Below are positions 7,587 through 14,361 of a stretch of DNA of 45,953 nucleotides, in pieces. Positions within the stretch are counted from its first letter, which is position 1, and the number at the start of each line of letters is the position of its first letter. Below the pieces are notes generated by a model. That model did no database searches, was not told the DNA's origin, and worked only from the letters and a program-made list of their open reading frames with translations. Origin of the DNA: a virus; IMG/VR virus record IMGVR_UViG_3300045988_051183; one strand, 5' to 3'. The position numbers and the translations under genes are program-made.

Positions 7587-7609
7587 TCTTTTATACCTCC
7601 ATCAATAAA

Positions 7610-7641
7610 GCCCCGGCAGGCTGTGCGGCTCTGTCCGGGGC
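7610..7641 (-). terminator. Hairpin (attenuator or terminator) between the 124-aa gene and the FtsK-like gene
   Basis: gccccgg-N18-ccggggc with tttatt following on the minus strand. It is homologous to the hairpin at 6810-6843. Confidence 0.45.
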
Positions 7642-7647
7642 TGTGGT

Positions 7648-8022
7648 TTACTGCAAATAGCTATAATCGTATTTCGTGACGGTTCCCAGGGTTCCCGCTG
7701 TGGGTGCTTCACCTGTGAAGCGGTCAACAGTCCGCACAGGAATATAAAACGCTGCATAGCGCCCCGCCTGGGCTGTAGTACAGTTGTAATACTCAAACGA
7801 ATTAACCTGATTGTTAAAATCGTTTTTAACTCCGATTTCATCAACTACGAATTGCGCCCGGTCTTTTCTATTCCAGTTGGTAGCAACTTCCCACGGGCTA
7901 AACGGGTTAAAATTTGCAGGACATACAAGAACGGTTAAGCCGTTCATGTAAGCGGTGCGGGCTTCCTTTTTATTGATACGCTCAAAAGTAAAGCCCTTAT
8001 TTGTAAAGGTGTATTTGTTCAT
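7648..8022 (-). CDS. Hypothetical protein (124 aa)
   Basis: ORF with a GGAGGT SD. No family was recognised with certainty. Confidence 0.6.
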   Translation of the reverse strand: MNKYTFTNKGFTFERINKKEARTAYMNGLTVLVCPANFNPFSPWEVATNWNRKDRAQFVVDEIGVKNDFNNQVNSFEYYNCTTAQAGRYAAFYIPVRTVDRFTGEAPTAGTLGTVTKYDYSYLQ

Positions 8023-8171
8023 GTTATACCTCCATTTTGTGCATATTGCTATTTATAGGCTGTTTTTCTGTGGTGCAGGTTTGAAAGCCTACATTATACC
8101 CCAGACCCCGCAACCCTCACAGGCTGCGGACGCTTGCGCCCTAACTGGCTATTTATACACGGCGCAACGTG

Positions 8172-8417
8172 TTAAAAGTAAATGAAAGCGGCTGTACTGC
8201 GGGCAGTGATTGCGTATAATGTCCCGGTTTCCTGTCCCTGTAATAAACCGCCGTTTATACCGTACACCCCGGAACTATAACCCAGTTTGTCAAGGTCTTT
8301 TTCCTTTTCTATCAAGGCTTCATATTCTGCGGTTCCGTGGTTTGTAATGTCCACGGCTGCGCCCGTTCTTACAAGAGTTTTTAACTCTTTTTGTGTGTAC
8401 TCTCTCATTACTTGCAC
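8172..8417 (-). CDS. Hypothetical protein (81 aa)
   Basis: ORF overlapping the stop of the upstream gene. No family was recognised. Confidence 0.55.
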   Translation of the reverse strand: MQVMREYTQKELKTLVRTGAAVDITNHGTAEYEALIEKEKDLDKLGYSSGVYGINGGLLQGQETGTLYAITARSTAAFIYF

Positions 8418-8785
8418 CCCCTTACAAGTTCCCTATAAATAAGGGATGTTAAAAGCTGTTCGGCGTTCTGTTCACTGTAGCGGGCTTTTTCCTGTTCGGT
8501 TTCATCAAGGATTTTTCCCAGGTCATCAACTGCGGAACGGTTGTAGTAATAGCAGGTATCAAGGATTGACGGCAACCCCTGCGCCCAATCTGTAAAGCGT
8601 TCCTGTTCGCTCATTCTGCTATATGCGCCCTTTGCGGGCTTTTCGCTGTTGAATACCTCCATAATAACGGCGGCTGTATCCTTGAATGTTTCCGGGGTTT
8701 CTATGCTGTAGTTCTCACCCGTGAACCCCTGCATAATGTAGGCTTGCACGTTCTGCCGTGCCTGTTTGCTGTTTGTTTTTAACAT
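8408..8785 (-). CDS. Hypothetical protein (125 aa), first gene of the minus-strand cassette
   Basis: ORF with a GGAGGT SD, directly downstream of the minus-strand promoter. Confidence 0.6.
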   Translation of the reverse strand: MLKTNSKQARQNVQAYIMQGFTGENYSIETPETFKDTAAVIMEVFNSEKPAKGAYSRMSEQERFTDWAQGLPSILDTCYYYNRSAVDDLGKILDETEQEKARYSEQNAEQLLTSLIYRELVRGCK

Positions 8786-8825
8786 GGTTGTTACCTCCTG
8801 TTTGTTGTACCCTGTCGGGTTGCTA

Positions 8826-8886
8826 TCAAGTTTTATCTTGATTAAAGTATATCAAGATATATCTTTATTGTCAAGATATTTCTTGA
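8826..8886. promoter_or_regulatory. Three TCAAG-N6-CTTGA operator-like inverted repeats overlapping the minus-strand promoter
   Basis: Sites at 8826-8841 and 8871-8886 are perfect. Site 8852-8867 has one mismatch and fills the promoter spacer. Confidence 0.6.
8846..8874 (-). promoter_or_regulatory. Consensus-like sigma-A/sigma-70 promoter for the minus-strand cassette
   Basis: On the minus strand it reads TTGACA (8874-8869), a 17-nt spacer, then TATACT (8851-8846). Confidence 0.65.
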
Positions 8887-9035
8887 AATTCTTTTGACTT
8901 TTTCTCCACGTCCCGCCGCTCTGCCTGTGGTGCAGGCTGTCCCGGTCATCCTGCGGACAGACCCCCGGCGGGGGATATAGACCCCCGGCAGCCGGGGCGG
9001 GTGAGCCTGGAAAATCCCGCAAAAATAAAAAAGAT

Positions 9036-9076
9036 TCAAGATATAACTTGACAAGATAGAACTTTAATGCTATCCT
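9036..9076 (+). promoter_or_regulatory. Promoter of the HTH gene with an overlapping TCAAG-N6-CTTGA operator
   Basis: Operator at 9036-9051, TTGACA at 9048-9053, a 17-nt spacer, then TATCCT at 9071-9076. Confidence 0.5.
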
Positions 9077-9099
9077 TATCTTGAACAGGAGGAAAACGT

Positions 9100-9351
9100 A
9101 TGACTTCAAAAGAACTGATTAAGACTCTGATGACAGAGCATGATATAACGAATGCTGAGATGGCAAAGACTTTGGGCATTACGCAGGCGGCTCTCTGGGA
9201 TAGACTGAATCCGAAGAAGAGCGATAACACTACAGTTGCAAAACTGGGTGATATGTTGAGCGTTATGGGGTATAAAATCGTGGTTGTTCCCGATGAAACA
9301 CCTATCCCCGAAGGTGGATATGAGGTTGGTCAGACAGACATGGTAGGGTAA
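9100..9351 (+). CDS. Small HTH DNA-binding protein (XRE/Cro-like), divergent from the cassette
   Basis: ITNAEMAKTLGITQAALWDRL looks like a helix-turn-helix. AGGAGG SD. The stop codon lies inside palindrome copy 2. Confidence 0.7.
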   Translation: MTSKELIKTLMTEHDITNAEMAKTLGITQAALWDRLNPKKSDNTTVAKLGDMLSVMGYKIVVVPDETPIPEGGYEVGQTDMVG

Positions 9352-9428
9352 AATCGAATTTTTCACTAAGTTTTTATAGTAAAGACTCTACTAAGAAAAC
9401 TTATACAGATTTTATGATTTACCCTACC
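9342..9428. repeat. 87-bp AT-rich imperfect palindrome, copy 2 (inverted relative to copy 1)
   Basis: Runs ggtagggtaaaat...tttaccctacc. Its reverse complement shares the exact blocks tataagttttcttagta and taagtttttatag with copy 1. Confidence 0.85.
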
Positions 9429-9454
9429 ACGCTAAGAGAAAGGATGGTGAAACC

Positions 9455-9607
9455 ATGTTCTATATTTTGTTCTGCTGCTTGTGGTTCCTGTGGTGGTGTA
9501 TTAAATCCTTCTTCTGGCTTTGTGCATGGGTCACCTGGAATATCGTAGTCAGACCTGTGGTATGGTGCTTGTGCCTGCCCTTTAAGTTAATAGGTAACTG
9601 CAAGTAA
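9455..9607 (+). CDS. Possible Trp/Cys-rich hydrophobic peptide (50 aa)
   Basis: Hand translation gives MFYILFCCLWFLWWCIKSFFWLCAWVTWNIVVRPVVWCLCLPFKLIGNCK. The SD is weak (AAAGGA). A T8 tract follows. Confidence 0.3.
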   Translation: MFYILFCCLWFLWWCIKSFFWLCAWVTWNIVVRPVVWCLCLPFKLIGNCK

Positions 9608-9674
9608 GTTGCGGTTTTGTCCAATGGGACTGTCTTAATTGACGGTTCCATTTTTTTTGTTTACGGAGGTATGT

Positions 9675-11342
9675 ATGGATTATAGTAAAATGAAAAGCAG
9701 CATTGACCGGGCTATCTTAAAGAGTCCGCTTGATGTTGCAGCCTATGATGATAAGTTCGCCCTGTGCCGTGACTATGAGGGTGCAGAGTTTCGACTGGCT
9801 CACGAATGGAACCAGGCTTTACAGGAGGAAATCAGAGCAGGGCTGAAACTGGCAGTAGATACCAGGGATTTTAAGACAGCAGAGGAATTTGACAATCTGC
9901 TGTTTCGCTCCCTACTGTTTTGTGCGCCCCATTATTTTGACGCATATTTGCAGGCGGTAGAGTATGGCAAGCCGCTTGACAAGAAGTTCTATCTGCCCCG
10001 CCGTCATTACCTTAGACGATATGTAGAAGGATACCAGGAAGTTCTTGAGGGAAAACTGGACTTTCTGTCCATCTCCATGCCGAAACGATGTGGTAAGTCT
10101 CAGCTTGGTATCAACTTTACGAATATGCTTTCTGGAAAATTCCCAGACCGCTCTACGTTGATGGAGGGTACAGGTGATGACCTTGTTCAGTCTTTCTACA
10201 AAGGTTGCCTTGAGTACATTCAGCAGCCGAATGATTATCATTTTTATGATATTTTCCCGGAGAGCAAACTGGTACAGACCAATGCCGATACGAAGGTCAT
10301 CAATCTTCTGCATAAGTCCCGATTCCCTACTGTCATGTGCCGTTCTATTGACGCACGGCAGGTAGGTCTTTCGGAAGCAACCAACCTTCTCTACCTGGAT
10401 GACTGCGTAGAGGGACGTGAGGAAGCGAAGAATAGACAGCGGCTTGATGACAAGTGGGAGGTCATCTCGGGTGATATTATTGGACGTGCTATTGAGGGTA
10501 CACCTATCGTTATCTGCGGTACACGATATTCTCTGTATGACCCTATCGGTCACTTGCAGGAGGAAATGAGAAAGCAGGGCAAGCGGTGCAAGATTATCGA
10601 AACCCCGGCTCTTGACCCCGTGACGGATGAGAGTAACTTTGAATACATTCGTGAGGGCAGGAAGGTTTTCACCACGCAGTACTTCCGTGACCAGAGAGAA
10701 ATGCTTTCGGCAGAGCAGTTTGAGTCTGAGTTTCAGCAGCAGCCGTTTGAAGCGAAGGGTATTCTTTTCCCGGAAGCGTCCTTGAACCGATACTTTGAAC
10801 TTCCTGTAGACCGTGAACCAGACAGTATTATTGCCGTCTGCGATACTGCGGACAAGGGTGCGGACTATTGCTCTATGCCGATTGCTGCGGTGTACGGAGA
10901 TGAGGTCTACATTGTAGATGTAGTGTTCGATGACTCCCCGCCAGAGGTTACGAAGCCAGAGTGTGCAAAGGCTCTGATGGACAATCTTGTGGTGGCAGGA
11001 ACCTTTGAGTCAAATAATGCAGGTACATACTTTGCCAGGGATGTACAGCAGATTTTGATTGACCGAAAGTATGTCTGCAATATCCGAACGAAGAGGACTA
11101 TCAGCAATAAACAGACCCGTATCGAGTTCGCTTCTGATAACATCATCAAGCATTTTTACTTCAAAGACCCGTCACTCTACGCACGGAACAGTCAGTATGC
11201 CATGTTTATGAAGCAGGTCACAACCTACACCCGGTCTGGTAAAGTGCCACATGATGACGCACCCGACTCTCTTTCTCTGCTTGAGAATGAACTGCGTGGA
11301 CTGGTAGGAGCGAAGGTTGAAGTTTTCAAAAGACCGTGTTAA
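9675..11342 (+). CDS. terL: Terminase large subunit
   Basis: ATPase region PKRCGKSQ and LLYLDDCVEG. The nuclease region CDTADKGADYCSMPIA..IVDVVF..FESNNAG is typical. ATG 9675 follows GGAGG. Confidence 0.9.
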   Translation: MDYSKMKSSIDRAILKSPLDVAAYDDKFALCRDYEGAEFRLAHEWNQALQEEIRAGLKLAVDTRDFKTAEEFDNLLFRSLLFCAPHYFDAYLQAVEYGKPLDKKFYLPRRHYLRRYVEGYQEVLEGKLDFLSISMPKRCGKSQLGINFTNMLSGKFPDRSTLMEGTGDDLVQSFYKGCLEYIQQPNDYHFYDIFPESKLVQTNADTKVINLLHKSRFPTVMCRSIDARQVGLSEATNLLYLDDCVEGREEAKNRQRLDDKWEVISGDIIGRAIEGTPIVICGTRYSLYDPIGHLQEEMRKQGKRCKIIETPALDPVTDESNFEYIREGRKVFTTQYFRDQREMLSAEQFESEFQQQPFEAKGILFPEASLNRYFELPVDREPDSIIAVCDTADKGADYCSMPIAAVYGDEVYIVDVVFDDSPPEVTKPECAKALMDNLVVAGTFESNNAGTYFARDVQQILIDRKYVCNIRTKRTISNKQTRIEFASDNIIKHFYFKDPSLYARNSQYAMFMKQVTTYTRSGKVPHDDAPDSLSLLENELRGLVGAKVEVFKRPC

Positions 11343-11370
11343 TTTACGCAAAAACTCTTCAAACCTATTA

Positions 11371-11386
11371 TCAAGAAATCTCTTGA
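11371..11386. promoter_or_regulatory. Additional perfect TCAAG-N6-CTTGA inverted repeat between terL and portal
   Basis: tcaagaaatctcttga, the same architecture as the island operators. Confidence 0.4.
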
Positions 11387-11445
11387 AATAACCATTGAAG
11401 AGTGCTATAATTACAATAGAAATATTAGGATTGGAGGTGGCTTGC

Positions 11446-12921
11446 GTGTCTTTCGGTTTATACGGTAGACGCATGATAAAGTCTGATGAAACCGAAGTGA
11501 CCGTTGAGAACGTGGTTGCGATTCTCAATAAGGCACTTCCTTATCACTGGGAGAATCGCAGTGAAATTCAATATCTGTGGTACTACTACAGAGGATTACA
11601 GCCGATTCTCAACCGTGAGAAACAGGTTCGTCCAGAGATTTGTAATAAAATCGTGGAGAACCGGGCGAATGAGATTGTGTCCTTCAAGTCTGGTTATTTG
11701 ATGGGCGAACCTCTACAGTATGTTTCCCGTGGTAACGGTGATAATTTATCTGACGAAATCAATCAGCTTAACGAATTTGTGTTTGCCGAAGAGAAGCCTG
11801 CAAAGGATAAGGAACTTGCTGACTGGTTCCATATCTGCGGTACGTCTTTCAGAATGGTTCTTCCAGATGAGGACGTAGGTGAGGACGATGACTCCCCGTT
11901 TGAAATCTACACGCTTGACCCACGAAACACCTTTGTGGTGTACAACAACGGTCTTGGAAACAAGCCGCTTCTGGGTGTCAAGTATGTGGTGGATGACAAC
12001 GGCATAGTTCATTATAGTTGCTACTCTGACCATGAGTATTTTGAGATTGTAGAATCTCATATCATCAAGGCAGAGCCGCACATTCTGGGTGATATTCCCA
12101 TCATCGAATATCCTCTGAACATTGCCCGTATCGGTGCGTTTGAGTTGGTTATCCCGCTCCTTGACGCAATCAACCTTACGGACAGTAACCGCCAGGATGG
12201 TGTTGAACAGTTCATCCAGGCACTCATGCTTTTCCACAACGTAGATATTTCGTCTGACGATTATGAGAAGCTGAGAGAGGAAGGGGCTATTAAGTTCCGG
12301 GATATTGACCCTCAGTTGAAAGCCGAAGTATCTTATCTAACCAGTACTCTGAACCAGGGCGAAACGCAAACCCTGGTTGACCATATGTACCAGACGGTAT
12401 TGACTATCTGTGGTATGCCGAACCGCAACGGTGGTACGTCTACCAGTGATACCGGGTCTGCGGTCATTATGAGAGATGGTTGGTCTGCTGCGGAAGCAAG
12501 AGCAAAGGACAGCGAATTGATGTTCAAGAAGAGTGAGAGGATTTTCCTCAAGCTGATTTTGAATATCTGCAAAACTCTGAAAGGCATGGACTTGAAGGTT
12601 TGCAATATTGAAATTCGCTTTACCCGAAGAAATTACGAAAACATTCTGCAAAAAGCCCAGGTGCTTGACCTTATGTTGAAGAACAGTAAGATTCATCCAC
12701 GGCTTGCTTTTGAACATTGCGGACTGTTTGTTGATTCTGACCTGGCATACACATTAAGTGCGGAATATGCAGAGGAACAGGAGAAGAAAGCACAGGAGTT
12801 GCTTGAAAAGCAGAATACGGAAAAGGAGGATGAAACCGATGACTCCAACACTGACAAAGGAAATGGTGCAGCAGGTGGAAACGCTGCTCAAGCACGGCAG
12901 CAGAGTGGAAGTGCTGATTGA
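11446..12921 (+). CDS. Portal protein (SPP1 gp6-like)
   Basis: LNKALPYHWENRSEIQYLWYYYRGLQPIL and later segments fit the SPP1-type portal layout. GTG 11446 lies 8 nt after GGAGG; ATG 11473 is the alternative. Confidence 0.85.
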   Translation: MSFGLYGRRMIKSDETEVTVENVVAILNKALPYHWENRSEIQYLWYYYRGLQPILNREKQVRPEICNKIVENRANEIVSFKSGYLMGEPLQYVSRGNGDNLSDEINQLNEFVFAEEKPAKDKELADWFHICGTSFRMVLPDEDVGEDDDSPFEIYTLDPRNTFVVYNNGLGNKPLLGVKYVVDDNGIVHYSCYSDHEYFEIVESHIIKAEPHILGDIPIIEYPLNIARIGAFELVIPLLDAINLTDSNRQDGVEQFIQALMLFHNVDISSDDYEKLREEGAIKFRDIDPQLKAEVSYLTSTLNQGETQTLVDHMYQTVLTICGMPNRNGGTSTSDTGSAVIMRDGWSAAEARAKDSELMFKKSERIFLKLILNICKTLKGMDLKVCNIEIRFTRRNYENILQKAQVLDLMLKNSKIHPRLAFEHCGLFVDSDLAYTLSAEYAEEQEKKAQELLEKQNTEKEDETDDSNTDKGNGAAGGNAAQARQQSGSAD

Positions 12922-12976
12922 GCAGGGCAAGGTTACGATTGTTGAAATCAAACGCAAGATGAGAATGAAAGAGTAA
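12839..12976 (+). CDS. Small protein (45 aa) out of frame over the portal 3' end
   Basis: AAGGAGG at 12824-12830, then ATG 12839. Sequence MTPTLTKEMVQQVETLLKHGSRVEVLIEQGKVTIVEIKRKMRMKE. Confidence 0.4.
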   Translation: MTPTLTKEMVQQVETLLKHGSRVEVLIEQGKVTIVEIKRKMRMKE

Positions 12977-13006
12977 CACCAGGACAGAGGTTCTGGTGAG
13001 TCCAAT

Positions 13007-13045
13007 GGGACTGTGAGTGACGAACTCATAGTCCCTTTTTATTTT
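13007..13045 (+). terminator. Intrinsic terminator-like hairpin
   Basis: gggactgtgag / ctcatagtccc stem with one mismatch, followed by tttttatttt. Confidence 0.65.
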
Positions 13046-13049
13046 GCCT

Positions 13050-13646
13050 ATGAATAATACATTTTCAGCTTATATTGCTGCGTTTGATGAACTCAACATT
13101 CTGACTTCCACCAGTTATTACTCCGCTTCTGGGAAGGATATGACCTCAAAGGTTGCTCAGATTGCGGATGACATTTTATCACTGCTCATCCGGGCTTATC
13201 AGCAGGGTATTACAGCCACGGCAGATATGCTTGCCTACGATTTGACCGTAGACGTGGATTCCATGGAGGAAGCCATTTATGAGGTGATAGACGGTAAAAC
13301 CTTTGAGGACAGAATCGCTGACCATGTGATAGCCGGGGATTTGTCGGGCTTACAGACGTTAGTCGAATCTGAATATCACAGGGTATTCAATGCAGCGGAA
13401 GAGGATGGAGCCTATGAGTTCCAGTCCACAAGAGGACTGGGAGTCTCAAAGAAATGGGTGACTCTCCGAGATGAAGCCGTTCGGGATACTCACAAATACC
13501 TGGAAGGTGTAAGCGTGGCTCTGGACGAAGAGTTTTATACCTTTGATGGTGACCATGCTTCCAGACCGGGTGAGTTCACTAAGGCAGAAAACAATGTGAA
13601 CTGCCGTTGTGTACTGAAACTTGAAACTGATACTTCGCAGGATTGA
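13050..13646 (+). CDS. Head morphogenesis protein (Mu F / SPP1 gp7 family)
   Basis: The C-terminal segment WVTLRDEAVRDTHKYLEGV..DGDHASRPGE..NCRCVL is typical of the Phage_Mu_F domain. Confidence 0.85.
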   Translation: MNNTFSAYIAAFDELNILTSTSYYSASGKDMTSKVAQIADDILSLLIRAYQQGITATADMLAYDLTVDVDSMEEAIYEVIDGKTFEDRIADHVIAGDLSGLQTLVESEYHRVFNAAEEDGAYEFQSTRGLGVSKKWVTLRDEAVRDTHKYLEGVSVALDEEFYTFDGDHASRPGEFTKAENNVNCRCVLKLETDTSQD

Positions 13647-13655
13647 CCTGCTTGT

Positions 13656-13737
13656 ATGGTGAGGGAACACCTTAAAACGCACACTCAGACAAGAGGATAA
13701 AACAGAAGAACATGGTGAGGGAACACCTTAAAACGCA
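13656..13737 (+). repeat. Two perfect 26-bp direct repeats atggtgagggaacaccttaaaacgca
   Basis: Copies at 13656-13681 and 13712-13737, immediately upstream of the scaffold gene SD. Confidence 0.95.
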
Positions 13738-13751
13738 AGGAGGACTTTATT

Positions 13752-14342
13752 ATGAGTTATTTAAGTGATTTGCTTGGAGATTCCTACAAGGAAGGTATGA
13801 CTGAGGAAGAGATTTCTACTGCTTTACAGGCTGCGGGTGCAGGTCAGAATAATGACGCTGAAATCAATCGTCTGAAAGCACAGCTTTCTAAAGCCAATTC
13901 CGAAGCTGCTGATTACAAGAAGCAGCTAAGAGGTAAGCAGACTGCGGATGAAGCCGCTGCCGCTGAACAGAAAGCAACCATGGATAAGCTGACCCAGGAG
14001 AATACCGATTTGAAGCGTTCTATCGCTCTGGCAGACAAAAAGACCAAACTGGTAGCTATGGGTTACGATGAGAAACTTGCTGACAGTACTGCAATCGCAA
14101 TGGTTGACGGCGATATGGACACGGTTATGAAGAACCAGGCTACGTTCAATGAGTCCCGTGAAAAGGCAATTCGTGCTGAACAGATGAAGAAAACTCCCAG
14201 ACCTGCTGCGGGTTCTGATGGGACGGGCGGCATGGATTACGCTAAGAAAATCGAAGAAGCGCAGGCAAGCGGCGATTTGACCGCAGTTGCCTACTATACA
14301 CGTCTGAAAGCGCAGGATGAAGCGAATCAGATGAAAGAGTAA
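13752..14342 (+). CDS. Scaffolding protein
   Basis: The sequence suggests a charged coiled coil (LKAQLSKANSEAADYKKQLRGKQ). It sits directly upstream of the capsid gene. Confidence 0.6.
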   Translation: MSYLSDLLGDSYKEGMTEEEISTALQAAGAGQNNDAEINRLKAQLSKANSEAADYKKQLRGKQTADEAAAAEQKATMDKLTQENTDLKRSIALADKKTKLVAMGYDEKLADSTAIAMVDGDMDTVMKNQATFNESREKAIRAEQMKKTPRPAAGSDGTGGMDYAKKIEEAQASGDLTAVAYYTRLKAQDEANQMKE

Positions 14343-14361
14343 AAATCGGAGGTAAAAGACA

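Noticed and set aside
6541-9020. Possible CRISPR array, suggested by recurring GC-rich motifs
   Set aside because: The repeats are short (8-12 nt), irregularly spaced (about 70 to 144 nt and more) and interrupted by coding sequence. There is no constant repeat-spacer periodicity and there are no cas genes.
9912-10553. 213-aa minus-strand ORF
   Set aside because: It is antisense to terL, whose sense-strand ATPase and nuclease motifs are clear. It has no SD and no recognisable domain.
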